63,922 nucleotides of DNA, filler included, from Chiloscyllium plagiosum (GCF_004010195.1; 3 parts of one record of this genome joined end to end with filler, not necessarily neighbours in it), one strand, 5' to 3'. Counted from the first letter of the whole stretch, positions 25,025-38,220 are shown. Notes: generated by a model from the letters alone, not told the origin. A program made the numbers and translations.

Positions 25025-25350
25025 TACTTCTATCAGGTTGCCCCTCAGCCTCCAATGCTCTAGTGAAAACAAACCAAATTTGTCCAAACTCTCCTTATAG
25101 CTAATACATTCCAATCCAGGCAACATCCTGATAAACCTCTTTTGCAACCTTTCCAAAGCCTCCACATCCTTCCTGTAGTGTGACAACCAGAACTACACAC
25201 AATATTCCAAATGTGGCCTAACTATTATATAAATGCAACAAGACTTTCCAACTTTTATACTCAATATCCCAACTGATGAAGACAAGCACACAGTATGCCT
25301 TCTATACCACCTTATCCACTTGTGTTGCCACTTTCAGGGAGCTATGCACT
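25025..25350 (-). mobile_element. CR1-clade LINE fragment
   Basis: HYRKDVEALERLQKRFIRMLPGLE..GNLIEV. Confidence 0.85.
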
Positions 25351-25479
25351 GGCAGTAAGATGGCATAATCGCTGCCCCATTTAACAGGCAGATCATAGTA
25401 AGCAAAGATATACAGATCATAGGGTGAAAGAAACTTGGACACAATAAGGCATCCAGGTTACACCACCTAGGATGTGCAC

Positions 25480-26430
25480 AAGATCAACATTAACAAGATC
25501 AACATTATTTGAAGTTAGAGAGTCCATTCATCAGTCTAATAATGGCAGGGAAGAAGCTGTTCCTGAATCTGCATGTGTTGCAACTTCTGTATCTTCTGCC
25601 TGAAGGAAGAGGTTATAGGAGATCATTACTGAGGTGTGATGGATGTTTGATGATGGTAGCCTTTCCGCGGCAGCGAGCCATGTAAATGGAGTCCATGGGC
25701 TGTGCACACCACCTTCTGTAGTTTCTCACGGTCCTGGGCAGAGCAGTTGCCGTACCAGGCTGTTATGCACCCAGACAGTATGCTTTCAATGGTGCATCTG
25801 TAGAAGTTGGTGAGGGTCTTTATGGGCATGCCATATTTCCTGAGCTGCCTGAGGAAGAAGGGGCATTGTTGTGTCTTGTTGACTGTTGCACCTACATGGG
25901 AAGTCCAGGATAAGTTGTCAGTTATCGTCACTCCTAGGAACTTGACATTCTCCACCCTGTCAACCTCCGCTCTGTTGATGTAGATGGGGGGGGTGTTCTC
26001 CCCCTTTCTTCCTGAAGTCAATGATCAGGTCTTTAGTTCTGCCGACATTGAGAGAAAGGTTGTTATCTTGGCACCATGACACCAAGCCTCTCTCTCCTTC
26101 CTGTATTTTTGACTCACTATCATTTGATATCTGTCCTACTATGGTGGTGTCATCGGCAAACCTGTAGAAGGCCTCCACTCAAAATTTGGCAAGACAGAGA
26201 GTATAGTTGGGGCCGGAGAATGCATTCTGGGGGGGAAGTCTCCAGTGTTGAGTGTTATAATGGAGGAGATGCTGTTGTCTATCTTCGCTAATTGTGATCT
26301 GTGGGTCAGGAAGCTGAGGGTCCAGTTGCAGAGGGTGGAGCAAGGCCCAGGTCTCAGAGATTTGAGATCATCCTGGAGAGGGTAATGGTGTTGAAGGCAA
26401 AGCTGTAATCGATGAGCAGAAGTCTATATT
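25480..26430 (-). mobile_element. Rex1/Babar-clade LINE RT fragment
   Basis: YRFADDTTIVG, KDLIIDFRK, VKFLGVTITDNLSW, FYRCTIESILSGCITAWYG. Confidence 0.9.
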
Positions 26431-27545
26431 TCTGTCGTTTTTGAAGAGAAGCAGGGTAACTGTCCTGATGCAAAAACAGCAATTGCTGGAGACACTCAGC
26501 AGTTCCGACAGCATTCGTGGACAGGCGAACAGGACTAGTTCGGTTTAGGAAACCTGGTCAGCATGGATGAGTTGGACTGAAGGGTGTATGATTTTATGAC
26601 TCTATAACAGAGTTAAGTTTCAAGTCTGACATTCTTCAGAATGATTGGTAAGTTCTTCCAATTGCAAACCAATCACCCTGTTCTACAATATAAATTGTTG
26701 TTCCCTTTGTGATATAGTATTCTTGTGCCTCTATCCTGATGAATGCAAGACAAAACCTTTTGGCAGCATGTATTTTGTTTCAGCAATGTAATACCTGATC
26801 ACAAGATCCATGTTAGTATGATGGTAGCACCCACTTTAAGGCGCACACATAACACTCACTCTGTGTTACTTAAAGCCTGGTGTTGCTACTCCAGTCAACG
26901 TCACTAATCACAGATTGCTTGTACGTACAGGTTGACTCCAGTGCTTGCTACATTACAACTGTAGTCAAACGTCAAAAGCATTTCTTTGGATGTAAAATGT
27001 TTTAAGATCATGAAAAACACACTGAAAAAGTCACAGTTCCTTTTTCTAAAATCTCCTACATATCTATGCAGTAACTACAGCCTAATCCGGAAACCATCCA
27101 TAGACCATGGGGAAAAGGAGGATGCAGGTATGACATTCTGACTGACTCTGATAGACCAGCACACCACAAGATGTCGGAGCAGACCATTGAGACTGCTTCA
27201 CTTTTCGGTGAGATCATGACTGATTTGACAATCCTCAACTCACCTTCCTGTCTTTTCTCCATAATCCTTGATTCATTTACTGTTCAAAAATCTGTCTAGC
27301 TCAGGATTAATGTGCTCAATGACCCAGCCTCAACAGCTCCCTGCAGTAAAGAATTTGACACATTCACCCCCTTCTGAGAGGATCCTGGAAATGTTAACAG
27401 TGCAGAAGGAAGTCATTTGGCCCATCTGACTGCACCGGTTCTAATACCTGGTGCCATTCTCATGCCTTTTCAGCATTCCACTTCATCCAGCCGATTTCCC
27501 AATGGGAAAGTGAGTCAAAATCAGACTTTGACTAAACTCTAAACA

Positions 27546-27777
27546 CTAAACGCTAAATCTTTCCTTTCCAAGTCACAGAGTCATAAGGATGCACAGTACA
27601 GAAACAGACCCTTCATAGAACATAGAACATAGAAGAATACAGCGCAGTACAGGCCCTTCGGCTAAACGCTAAATCTTTCCTTTCCAAGTCACAGAGTCAT
27701 AAGGATGCACAGTACAGAAACAGACCCTTCATAGAACATAGAACATAGAAGAATACAGCGCAGTACAGGCCCTTCGG
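27546..27777 (+). repeat. Exact 116-bp tandem duplication spanning two CR1 tails, next to a contig end
   Basis: 27546-27661 is repeated at 27662-27777. Confidence 0.9.
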
Positions 27778-27889
27778 TCCTCGAAGTTGCGCCGATCCAA
27801 GCCCACCTAACCTACACTAGCCCACTATCCTCCATATGCCTATCCAATGCCCCTTAAATGCCCATAATGAGGGAGAGTCCACCACTGCT

Positions 27890-27989
27890 NNNNNNNNNNN
27901 NNNNNNNNNNNNNNNNNNNNNNNNNNNNNNNNNTTAATTAATTAANNNNNNNNNNNNNNNNNNNNNNNNNNNNNNNNNNNNNNNNNNNN
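27890..27989. other. Assembly gap with artificial six-frame-stop linker TTAATTAATTAA (27934-27945)
   Basis: 44 N + TTAATTAATTAA + 44 N, identical to the second gap. Confidence 0.97.
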
Positions 27990-28825
27990 GCAGTTGGCTA
28001 TGAAGAGATCGAGGGCGGGTAAGAGGCCAGCACGAGATGTCCAGGTGGATGGAATATGTTGGAGGCGGGAGAAGGGGTCATCAGAGGGTGGGCGAGAATC
28101 TTGGTTGAAGAAGTAGGCGCGGAGGAGAAGGTGGCGGAAGAATTGTTTGATGTCTCGCTGCGTGTTTAACATTGTTAGTCCGGGAGCGTAGGGGGATGAA
28201 GGTGAGGCCTCTGCTGAGGACTGATCTTTCATCCTCAGAGAGTGGGAGGTCTGGAGGGATGATGAAAACACAGCAGGGCTGGGAGTTAGGACCTGGTGTG
28301 GGGCTGGAGCTGGGAGTGGGGGCGAGGTTAGGCATGGGGGCGGAGATCGGCGTGGGGGCAGAGATGCATGCGGCGTGGTCGTTGTACAGGTGAGTGATGT
28401 CACTGGGAAGTAGATGAGGCAATGGCAACTGCAGGGGGGGAGGTGGCTGTGGTGACGGCTGAAACGGTGTTGTTGCCGGTGGTTGTGGACCCCGCGGAGG
28501 CCGCGAATCTGTTGGCGATGGTCTTCCTGGCGATCGTGGAGGCGGTTGTCTGGGCGGTGATCGCGGAGGCTGCATGGTCGGTGGGGGCGGAAGTGACATC
28601 GTGGTTCGCGGCGGCGGTTGCTGCAGTGGCCGCCTGGTTAATGGTGCCTGAGCGGTTCCGGAGGCCGATGGAAGATACTGGAATGGTTGAGGAATCTGGA
28701 GTGTGGGGGTAAGTACATGAAAGTTTTTGGTACTTACTGACTTTAATTTCCGATATGGCTAGGAAGAACTGTTTGTTTAGTGTATGGATTCTTCTGTGGA
28801 TGAAGAACAGTAGAATCTGAGCCAT
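27990..28825 (-). mobile_element. Penelope-like element ORF, region upstream of RT (frameshifted, truncated by the gap)
   Basis: PDLPLSEDERSVLSRGLTFIP and FFRHLLLRAYFF..TWT..LPALDLFIANC are typical PLE pre-RT motifs; GC- and CpG-rich, so probably young. Confidence 0.75.
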
Positions 28826-28854
28826 TTTGGAAGCTTCTAGACTTGATTCTTCAT

Positions 28855-30390
28855 GTCAGTCCTACAAGAGGTGGATGCAGAGGATGTTCACAGGGCTGTT
28901 GCCTGGAATGGAGCACTTCAATCATGAAGAAGAGCTGGATAAGCTCAGGATGTTTTCTTTAGAGCGGAAAAGATTGAGGAAGACTTGAATGAGATGTGTA
29001 AGATTGTGAGAGGCTTTGACAGAGTGGATAAAAAGCCGCTGTTGAAGGGTCGTTAACAAGGGGGCATCATGTTAGACTGAAGTAGGAGTTTAGAGGGGAA
29101 TTGAAAGGTTTTTTTCACTCAGAGGGCAGTGGGGGTCTGGAATGCACTACGTGGGAGGGGACCCAAGATAGATAACCTCACAACCTTTAAAAGAATCAGC
29201 ACTTGAAGAGCGATATCATTCAAGGCTATACACCTATTACTGCAAAGTGGGTCCAGTGTAGATTTCAGGTAGTTTTGATGCTATAGACTATTTCCTAAAT
29301 GGGGAGAGAATTCAGAACTCTGAAGTGCAAAGGGACCTGGGAATCCTAGTCCAAGATTCTCTTCAGGTAACATTGCAGGTTGAGTTGGTAGTTAGGATGG
29401 CAAATACAATCTGGCATTTAGTTTGAGACAACTACAATATAAAAGCAGGGGTGTACCTCTGAGACTTTATAAAGCTCTGGTCAGACCACATGTGGAATGT
29501 TGTGAACAATTTTGAGAGCCCCATACCTCAGGAAGACGAACTGGCCCCAGAGCGGATCCAGAGGAGGTTCTTGAGAATGGTCCCAGGAATGAAAGGCTCA
29601 ACATATCAGGAATGTTTAGGACTTTGGGTCTATACTCAATGGAGTTTAGAAGGATGGGGGGGTGGGGTGGATCTGATTGAAACATGCAGATAACTGAATG
29701 GCCTGGACAGAGTAGATGTTGGGAAAATGTTTCTATTGGTAGGAGAGATGAGGACCCAAGGGCACAGCGTTAGAGTAAAGGGAAGACCTTTCAGAACAGA
29801 GATAAGGAGAAACCTCTTCAGCCAGAGAATGGGGAATCTATGGAATTCACTGCCACAGAAGGCTGTGGAGACCAGATTCTGGATTAGTGATGCTGGAAGA
29901 GCACAGCAGTTCAGGCAGCATCCAAGGAGCAGCGAAATCGACGTTTCGGGCATCAGGAATAAAGGCAGTGAGCCTGAAACGTGGAGAGATAAGCTAGAGG
30001 AGGGTGGGGGTGGGGAGAAATTAGCATAGAGTACAATAGGTGAGTGGGGGAGGGGATGAAGGTGATAGGTCAGGGAGGAGAGGGTGGAGTGGATAGGTGG
30101 AAAAGGAGATAGACAGGTAGGACAAGTCCGGACAAGTCATGGGGACAATGCTGAACTGGAAGTTCGAAACTAGGGTGAGGTGGGGGAAGGGGAAATGAGG
30201 AAACTGTTGAAGTCCACAGGTCATTGAGGATATTTAAGAGAGATAGATAAGTTATTGAGTTTCATGGGGATCAAGGGTTATGGGGAGAAAATGGGAAAAT
30301 TGGGTTGAAAAGCATATAGCCATGATTGAATGGTGGATCAGAATCAATGGGCTGAATCCTAATTTCTCCTCTTAAGTCTTATGGTCTTAC
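28855..30390 (+). mobile_element. Two decayed CR1 3' fragments, the second interrupted by a Penelope insertion
   Basis: GMFSLE, FRTEIRRNLFSQRMGNLWNSLPQKAVE; TCTTATGGTCTTA tail. Confidence 0.8.
29872..30218 (-). mobile_element. Penelope-like 3' end (same family as 1-199)
   Basis: Reverse complement of 1-199, extended to the GIY-YIG end (VDFNSFLIS). Confidence 0.8.
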
Positions 30391-30565
30391 TACAGACTCA
30401 ATGAGCCATAAGGTCTCTTCTGTATTGTAAGATTCTATATATGAGGACATTGTAGTGATTGTAACAAGATCAGCTAGGTGGACCTCATAGCATATGAGTT
30501 TCTTGATTGAGGCTGTTAACCTGGTCCAATCAGGGAGCCCTGCTGACAGATATAAACAGGAGGGT

Positions 30566-31898
30566 TCCCGTACTTCCCGCGGGAGCCTGTGCCCCACAAC
30601 CTGAGCCGCCTCCGAAATTTTAATTTTGTTTCGTTTAAGGAGGTGAAGAGAAAGGCCCTGTATCGACTGCTGCTGCACACCATCCACCTCTTCTCCCTCA
30701 TCCACCGTCCGGACACGCCTTGGCGTGCCCATTTGCCACCGGGCGGTGGGGATCCCCAGTGGAGGGCTCTCTACGCGGGAGTCCTCCCCCTTTCTCTCGG
30801 GGATCTGGGGTGGAGGGTGCTGCACGCAGCAGTCCCCTGCAACCGCAGATTGCGGTGGTTCACGGACTCCCAGCCCAACTGCTTGTTCTGTGGCCCTGTG
30901 GAGTCCGTGGACCATGTATATATTGGGTGTGGGCGTTTGCACTCCCTTTTTGATTCCTTAAAAACCTTCTCCTCTGTTTTTGGCTGCACTTCAGTCCCAC
31001 GCTCCTGATCTTTGGGCACCCGGTACGGAGGAAGGAGGGCAGGTCTGAAGACGTCCTCGTGGGTCTGCTCCTGGGCCTGGCCAAACTGGCCATCAACAGG
31101 TCCAGGCAGCGGGCCGTGGAGGGGGTCGTTAGGGCCGACTGCCTGCCCCTCTTCTGCGGTTAGGTTAGAGCCTGGGTGTCCTTGGAGAAGGAGCATGCAG
31201 TGTCGACCAACACCCTGGAGTTGTTCAGGGAGTGGTGGGCGCCGCAGGGAGTGGAGTGCATCACTTCTCCCTCCAACTCTATTTTGATTTAGTCCCTACC
31301 CTCCCCTTCACTGTTTTTGATCACACAGCATTGTCCTTTGATGTGAAGGGCAGTGTTTGTCACTGGCCACTCGGGTGTTTTCCTATCTTCCTGGTGGTGG
31401 AATTTGAATAAAGATTGGTGCACTTTGTGTCTTTCACACTGTCTCACACCTATACACACACACTGGGGTGTGTGGGTGCTGGGGAAAAAATAAGCACTAC
31501 CGCACTTAGGTGGTAGTGTGGGGGTTAAATTAAAAAAAAAAGAAACAGGAGTGTTGAATAAAGATTCGTGCACTTTGTTAAAAAAAAATTAAAAATAAGA
31601 GTGCCTGCCCTTCAAAAAAAAGGGGAGTTTTGCATCATTTCTCCAAAGAAAAAAAAAACAGGAGGGTGTGAAGGGCACTGCTTGTCACTGGCCACTCAGG
31701 TGTTTTCCTATCTTCCTGGTGGTGGAAATTGAATAAAGATTCGTGCATTTTGTGTCTCTCACTGTGTCTCACACCTGCACACACACAACATGGGTGCTGG
31801 GGAAAATATAAGCACTACCCTGGTTAGGTGGTAGTGTGGGGGAGAGAAGAAAAAAAATAAACAGGAGTGTCAGGGGATAGAGAGAAAGAAAAAAAAAT
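30566..31898 (+). mobile_element. Tandem array of 5'-truncated Tx1-clade LINE copies inserted in the Gypsy LTR
   Basis: ORF2 C-terminus GDLGWRVLH..CLFCG..ESVDH..C and LLLGLAKLAINRSR; repeated 3' UTR with AATAAA, a CACTACC/GGTAGTG hairpin and A-tails, each followed by AAACAGGAG(G/T)GT. Confidence 0.85.
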
Positions 31899-34061
31899 AA
31901 ACAGGAGGGTCAGAGGTTCTGTTGACTCTGAGTAAGTTGGACCAGTGTCAAGTACTATCCACGTGTAAATACAGGGTGACTTGGTGACAGGATACCAGCC
32001 TCCATGAATACAGGGTGACTTGGTGACAGGATACCAGCCTCCATGAAGATATTTCGGTGGCAACGAGAGAAAAAAAATGCTCCTGAAGAAATTTGCTCCT
32101 AACAGTCGTCTTTGAGTTGGGGTAAGCATTTCTGGCAATATGGTATTATTTGAGAAGCTTGACTCATTTGACCTTGCCTTCAAAGACTGGGCCCAGTATG
32201 TGGAAAGAATGTGTTATTGTTTTTGGGCAAATAACACTGGGGCAGATGAAAAGCAATCAGTAATTCTCCTGACAACTTGTGGACCTGCAGCTTTTTCGGT
32301 CATTAGGAGCTTTACTCTTCCTGAGGCACCAGATACTAAAACCTTTCAAGAGTTAATGGATTTAGTTAAGGAATATTATTCTTCTCTAATTCTGAGACTC
32401 CATCGGTTTTACTTGGCAGCTCAAGAACCTGGAGAATCGGGATTTTTGTCAAGATTAAGACAACTGGCAAAGGCAGTGACTTTGATTTAATCCTTAATGA
32501 AATGCTGAGAATCGATGTGGGACTAATGAAGTAAACATGCAAAAGCACCTACTAGCTGAAGCCCAACTGGACTTTAAACAGGCACCACAACTGGCTTTGT
32601 CATTGGAGAGTGTGACAAGTGGAGCAGATGAATTGCAGGTATGCTTATGTAAATGGACACCCTCGCCAGGCCAACTGAGATTGGGGAAGACCACCTGAGT
32701 GAATGCAATTGACAGTCTCACTCAGGACATATCATGAACAGAAGGACTCGAGATCAACCTGTAGCAAAACCCCCAAAGCTAAGCCAAGCCTCGGCCAAAC
32801 AGAGAACAGTTTCTCCAGAATCCGGGCCAGCAAGCCACTGTAGTTGCTGACTGTGTTTGGACTCGAGACAGCAGAAGAGTTCCACTGGTCTGAATTGAGT
32901 AAGAAAATTCATAGACTGGTATCCAGGACATAGCACACCCCGGAAAGCCCACCTACATCTGGCTTGTAACTGTTAAATTGCTTAGCAACATCCAAATCAG
33001 AGCCAATCAAAATAAACGTCTGGTTAAATGGTCACCTGGTTCCAGTGGAGGTTGATACTGGCGCAGCTGTATCAGTGATTGCAGAACCAGCCTTTAACAA
33101 AATTCATGCAGGACTCCAATCCTTATGTTTGCATACGACCTTAGCTAGACTGAGAACCTTTACAGATTAAGGGGACAACTTTGGTTATGGTCTTGTTTGA
33201 GAAGCAGCTGATTTAGTTCCCACTAATTGTAGTAAAATGCTCAGGCCCAAGCATGATAGGGCAAAATTGTTTGAGATAGGTTCACCGTGATTGGCTCAAC
33301 ATTTTTTGATTAGAAAATGGCAGCCTGAGTGAAGTTCTAATTAAATACCTGGAGATTTTCAGGAAGGTCCAGGGGCTATCAAAGGAGCCAAGGCCACCTT
33401 TCACGTTGACCGGGAAACATTTCCATGATTCTGCAAGGCCCGCCCAGTGCCATTTGCCTCACGGGCAAAAGTACAGGCAGAAAGTAGTAGGCTGGAAAAC
33501 GAAGGAATCATCAAACCAGTCCAGTTTGTGGAATGGGCTGCACTGGCCAAACTAGTTGTAAAGCTCGACAGGTTGATGGGGATATTAAACAAACAGGAAA
33601 CTGTTTCTCGCAGCTGGATAAATACCCAATCCCTTGCATAGAGGATTTATGCACAAAGATGGCAGGGGGCTGTCCTTCACAAAGCTGGACATAAGCCATG
33701 CGTACCTACGATTGGGTTTAGGTAAGGATTCCTAGAGGTATGCTATAATTAATGCCCATAAAGGTTGGTACCCATATACAAGACTGCTATTTGGGGTATT
33801 ATCAGCCTGTGCCATTTTTCAGTGGATGATGGAGAACATTTTAGAAGGTCTATCCCAGGTCGACATTTATCTGGATAAGGTGCTAATAACAGGGAAGACC
33901 AATAAAGAGCACTTAGAGAACTTGGAAATAGTCTAGACATTTCTCCAAGGTGGATGTATGCCTAAGAAGGGAAAGGTCTGTGCTCCAGGTACCCCCAGTA
34001 CCTGGGCTACATGGGCTACAGAGTCAACAAGACTGGGCTACACCCGTTGGAAGATGAAGTG

Positions 34062-36300
34062 AACAAAGAGCAAAGAAAATTACAGCACTGGAACAAGCCC
34101 TTCGGCCCTCCAAACCTATGCCAATCCGGATCCTCTATCTAAATCCATCACGTATTTTCTAAGGATCTGTATTCCTCTGCTCCCTGCCCATTTATGTATC
34201 TGTCTCGATACATCTTAAATGATGCAATCGTGCCCAGCTCTACCACCTTTGCTGGCAACACATTCCAGGCACCCACCACCCTCTGCGTAAAGACCTTCCC
34301 ACATATATCACCCTTAAATATTTCCCCTCTCTCTTTGAACGTGTGACCCGTAGAAACTGAGTCCCCTCTGGGAAAAAGCTTCTTGCTACCCACCCTGTCT
34401 ATACCTCTCATGATTTTGTAGACCTCAATCAGTATCCCCGCTCCCCAATCTCCGTCTAATGAAAATAATCCTAATCTACTCAACCTCTCCTCATAGCTAG
34501 CACCCTCCATACCAGGCAACATCCTGGCGAACCTCCTCTGTGCCCTCTCCAAAGCATTCACATCCTTTTGGTAATGTGGTGACCAGAACTGTACGCAGTA
34601 TTTCAAATATGGCCGAACCAAAGTCTTATACAACTGTGACCTGATCTGCCAACTCTTGTACTCAATACCATGTCCAATGAAGGAAAGCATGCCAAATGCC
34701 TTCTTGACCTGCATTGCCACCTTCAGGGAACAATGGACTTGGACACCCAGGTCTCTCTGTACATCAATTTTCCCCAGGGCTTTTCCATTTACTGTATAAT
34801 TCGCTCTTGAATTGGAGCTTCCAAACTGCATCACCTTGCATTTGCCTGAATTGAACGCCATCTGCCATGTCTTTGCCCAACTCTCCAATCTACCTATATT
34901 CTGCTATATTCTCTGACAGTCCCCTTCACTATCTGCTACTCCACCAATCTTAGTATCATCTGCAAACTTGCTAATCAGACCACCAATACTTGTCCTGGAT
35001 TAGTGGTGCTGGAAGAGCACAGCAGTTCAGGCAGCATCCAGCACCACTAATCCAGAATCTGGTTTCCATCATCTGCAGTCATTGTTTTTACCTACACCAA
35101 TACCTTCCTCCAGATCATTTATGCATATCACAAACAACAGTGATCCCTGCACGGATCCCTGTGGAACACCACTAGTCACAGGTCTCCATTTTGAGAAACT
35201 CCCTTCAACTACTACTTTCTGTCTCCTGTTGCCCAAGCAGTTCTTTATCCATCTAGCTAGAACACCCTGGACCCCATGTGACTTCACTTTCTCAGCCTAC
35301 AATGGGAACCTTACCAAACACCTTACTGAAGTCCATGTATTTGACATCTACAGCCTTTCCCTCATCAATCAACTTTGTCACTTCCTCAAGGAATTCTATT
35401 AAGTTGGTAAGCTTCTCCAGCAGCTTCCATATCACTGACGTCAGGCCTACCGGTCTATAATTACCTGGATTATCCTTGCTATCCTTCTTAAACAAAGGGA
35501 CAACATTAGCAATTCTCCAGTCCTCCAGGACCTCACCCCGTGTTCAAGGATGCTATAAAGCTATCTGTTAAGACCCCAGCTATTTACTCTCTCATCTCCC
35601 TCAGTATCCAGGGATAGATCCAAATCGGACCTGGGGACTTGTCCACCTTAATGCCTTTTCAAATACCCAACACTTCCTCCCTCTTTTTGCTGACTTGACC
35701 GAGAGTAATCAAACATCCATCCCTAACTTCAACATCCGTCATGTCCCTCTCCTCGTTGAATACCAACGTAAAGTACTCATTAAGAATCTCACCCATTTTC
35801 TCTGACTTCACGCATAACTTTCCTCCTTTGTCCTTGAATGGGCCAATCTTATCTTTAGTTACCCTCTTGCTCCTTATATATGAATAAAAGGCTTTGGGAT
35901 TTTCCTTAACCCTGTTTGCTAAAGATATCTCATGACCCCTTTTAGGCCTCTTAATTCCTTGTTTCAGATTGCTGATATTTTTCCAAAGCTTTGCCTGTCT
36001 TCAGTCGCCTAGACCTTATAAATGTGTCCTTTTTCCTCTTAGCTAGTCTCACAATTTCACCTGTCATCCATGGTTCCCTAATCTTGCCATTTCTATCCCT
36101 CATTTTCACAGGAATATGTCTCTCCTGCAGTCTAATTACCTGGATTATCCCTGCTATCCTTCTTAAACAAGGGGTCAACATTAGCAATCCTCCAGGACCT
36201 CCCCCATGTTCAAGGATGCTGCAAGGATATCTGTTAAGGCACTGACTATTTTCTCTTTCGCTTCCCTTAGTAACCTGGGATGGATCCCATTCGGACTCGG
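34062..36300 (-). mobile_element. CR1-clade LINE (RT to 3' end) nested in the Gypsy RT, with a short Penelope fold-back at 34990-35094
   Basis: ORFs 34148-34888, 35069-35287, 35292-35495. The PLE insert is flanked by CACCAATAC direct repeats. Confidence 0.9.
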
Positions 36301-38220
36301 AGGATACTTAAGAGGGAAATCGTGGGGGAAAAAGGGGACATATGATAGCTTTGGCAAATAGAGTTAAGGAGAATCGGAAGGGTTTTACAAATACATTAAG
36401 GACAAAAAGATAACGAGGGAAGAATAGGGCGCCTCAAAGATCAGCAAGGTGGCCTTTGTGTGGAGCTGTAGGAGATGGGGGAGATACTAAACGAGTATTT
36501 CGCATCAGCATTTACTGTGGAAAAGGACATGCAAGATATAAAATGTAGGGAAATAGGTGATGACAACTTGAAAAATATCCATATTACAGAGGAGGAAGTG
36601 TTGGATGTCTTGAAACGCATAGAAATGGATAAATCCCCAGGACCTGATCAGGTGTACCCTAGAATTCTGTGGGAAGCTGGGAAGTGATTGCTGGGCTTCT
36701 TGCTGAAATATTTATATCATCGATAGTCACAGGTGAGGTGCCAGAAGATTGGAGGTTGGCAAACGTGGTGCCACTATTTAAGAAAGGTGGTAAGGACAAG
36801 CCAGGGAACTCTAGACCAGTGAGCCTGACATTGGTGGTGGGCAAGTTGTTGGAGGGAATCCTGAGGGACAGGATGTGCATGTATTTGGAAAGGCAAGGAC
36901 TGATTCAGGATAGTCATCATGGCTTTGTGTGTGGGAAGCCTTGTCTCACAAACTTGATTGAGTTTTTTTGAAGAAGTAACAAAGAGGATTGATGGGGGCA
37001 GAGCAGTAGACATGATTTATATGGATTCTGGATTAGTGGTGCTGGAAGAGCACAGCAGTTCAGGCAGCATCCGAGGGGCAGTAAAATCGACGTTTCGGGC
37101 AAAAGCCCTTCATCAGGAATACAGGACGTTAGTAAGGTGTTCAACAAGGTTCCCCGTGGGAGACTGGTTAGCAAGGTTAGATTTCACAGAATAAAGGGAG
37201 AACTAGCCATTTGGATACAGAACTGGCTCAAAGGGAGAAGACAGAGGGTGGTGGTGGGGGTTTGTTTTTCAGACTGGAGGCCTGTGACCAGTGGAGTGCC
37301 ATAAGGATCGGTGCTGGGTCCTCTACTTTTTATCATTTACATAAATGATTTGGATGCGAGCATAAGAGGTACAGTTAGTAAGTTTGCAGATGACACCAAA
37401 ATTGGAGGTGTAGTGGACAGCGAAGAAGGTTACCTCAAGTTACAACAGGATCTTGATCAGATGGGCCAATGGGCAGTGGAGTTTAATTTGGATAAATGTG
37501 AGGTGCTGTACTTTGGGAAAGCAAATCTTAGCAGGACTTATGCACTTAACGGTAAGGTCCTAAGGCGTGTTGCTGAACAAAGAAACCTTGGAGTACAGGT
37601 TCATAGCTCCTTGAAAGTAGAGTCGCAGGTAGATAGGATAGTGAAGAAGGCATTTGGTATGCTTTCCTTTATTGGTCAGAGTATTGAGTTACAGGTTAGG
37701 CCACTTTTGGAATACTGCATGCAATTCTGGTCTCCTTCCTATCGGAATAATGTTGTGAAACTTGAAAGGATTCAGAAAAGATTTACAAGGATGTTGCCAG
37801 GGTTGGAGGATTTGAACTACAAGGAAAGGTTGAATAGGCTAGGGCTGTTTTCTTGAGTGTCGGAGGCTGAGGGGCATGGATAGAGTAAATAGACAAGTCT
37901 TTTCCCTGGGGTGGAGGAGTCCAGAATTAGAGGGCATAGCTTTAGGGTGAGAGGGGAAAGATATAAAAGAGACCAAAGGGGCAACTTTTTCACGCAGAGG
38001 GTGGAATGTGTATGGAATGAGCTGCCAGAGGAAGTGATGGAGGCTGGTACAATTGCAACATTTAAAAGGCATCTGGATGAGTATATGAATAGGAAGGGTT
38101 TGGAGAGATATGGGCTGGGTGATGGGACTAGATTGGGTTGGGATATCTGGTTGGCATGGACGGGTTGGACTGAAGGGTCTGTTTCCGAGCTGTACATTTC
38201 CATAACTTTATGACTCTATA
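36300..38220 (+). mobile_element. CR1-clade LINE (RT to 3' end)
   Basis: [42 protein letters not shown] tail. Confidence 0.92.
37089..37116 (-). ncRNA. Intact minimal hammerhead motif in a Penelope pseudo-LTR (37024-37121) inserted in CR1
   Basis: Minus strand CUGAUGA-A-GGGC(UUUU)GCCC-GAAA-CG-UC. Confidence 0.72.

Noticed and set aside
26736..26770. CTGATGA..CAAAA as a third hammerhead type
   Set aside because: The GAAA box and stem II are not intact in this copy.
27546..27777. Perfect 116-bp tandem duplication as a biological repeat
   Set aside because: 100 percent identical and about 110 bp from a contig end; likely an assembly artefact unless reads confirm it.
27934..27945. Palindromic TTAATTAATTAA centred in N runs (also 56108-56119)
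   Set aside because: Identical 44N-12-44N layout twice, with stops in all six frames: an artificial contig linker, not biology.
28081..28712. Pro/Ala/Thr-rich ORFs suggesting a mucin-like or membrane protein
   Set aside because: Alternative frames of a GC-rich Penelope ORF region.
31968..32046. 39-bp direct repeat pair, and the spaced 12-mers at 30554-31910, as a CRISPR-like array
   Set aside because: Eukaryotic TE context. The pair is a simple tandem duplication in the LTR, and the 12-mers are target duplications separated by LINE tails.
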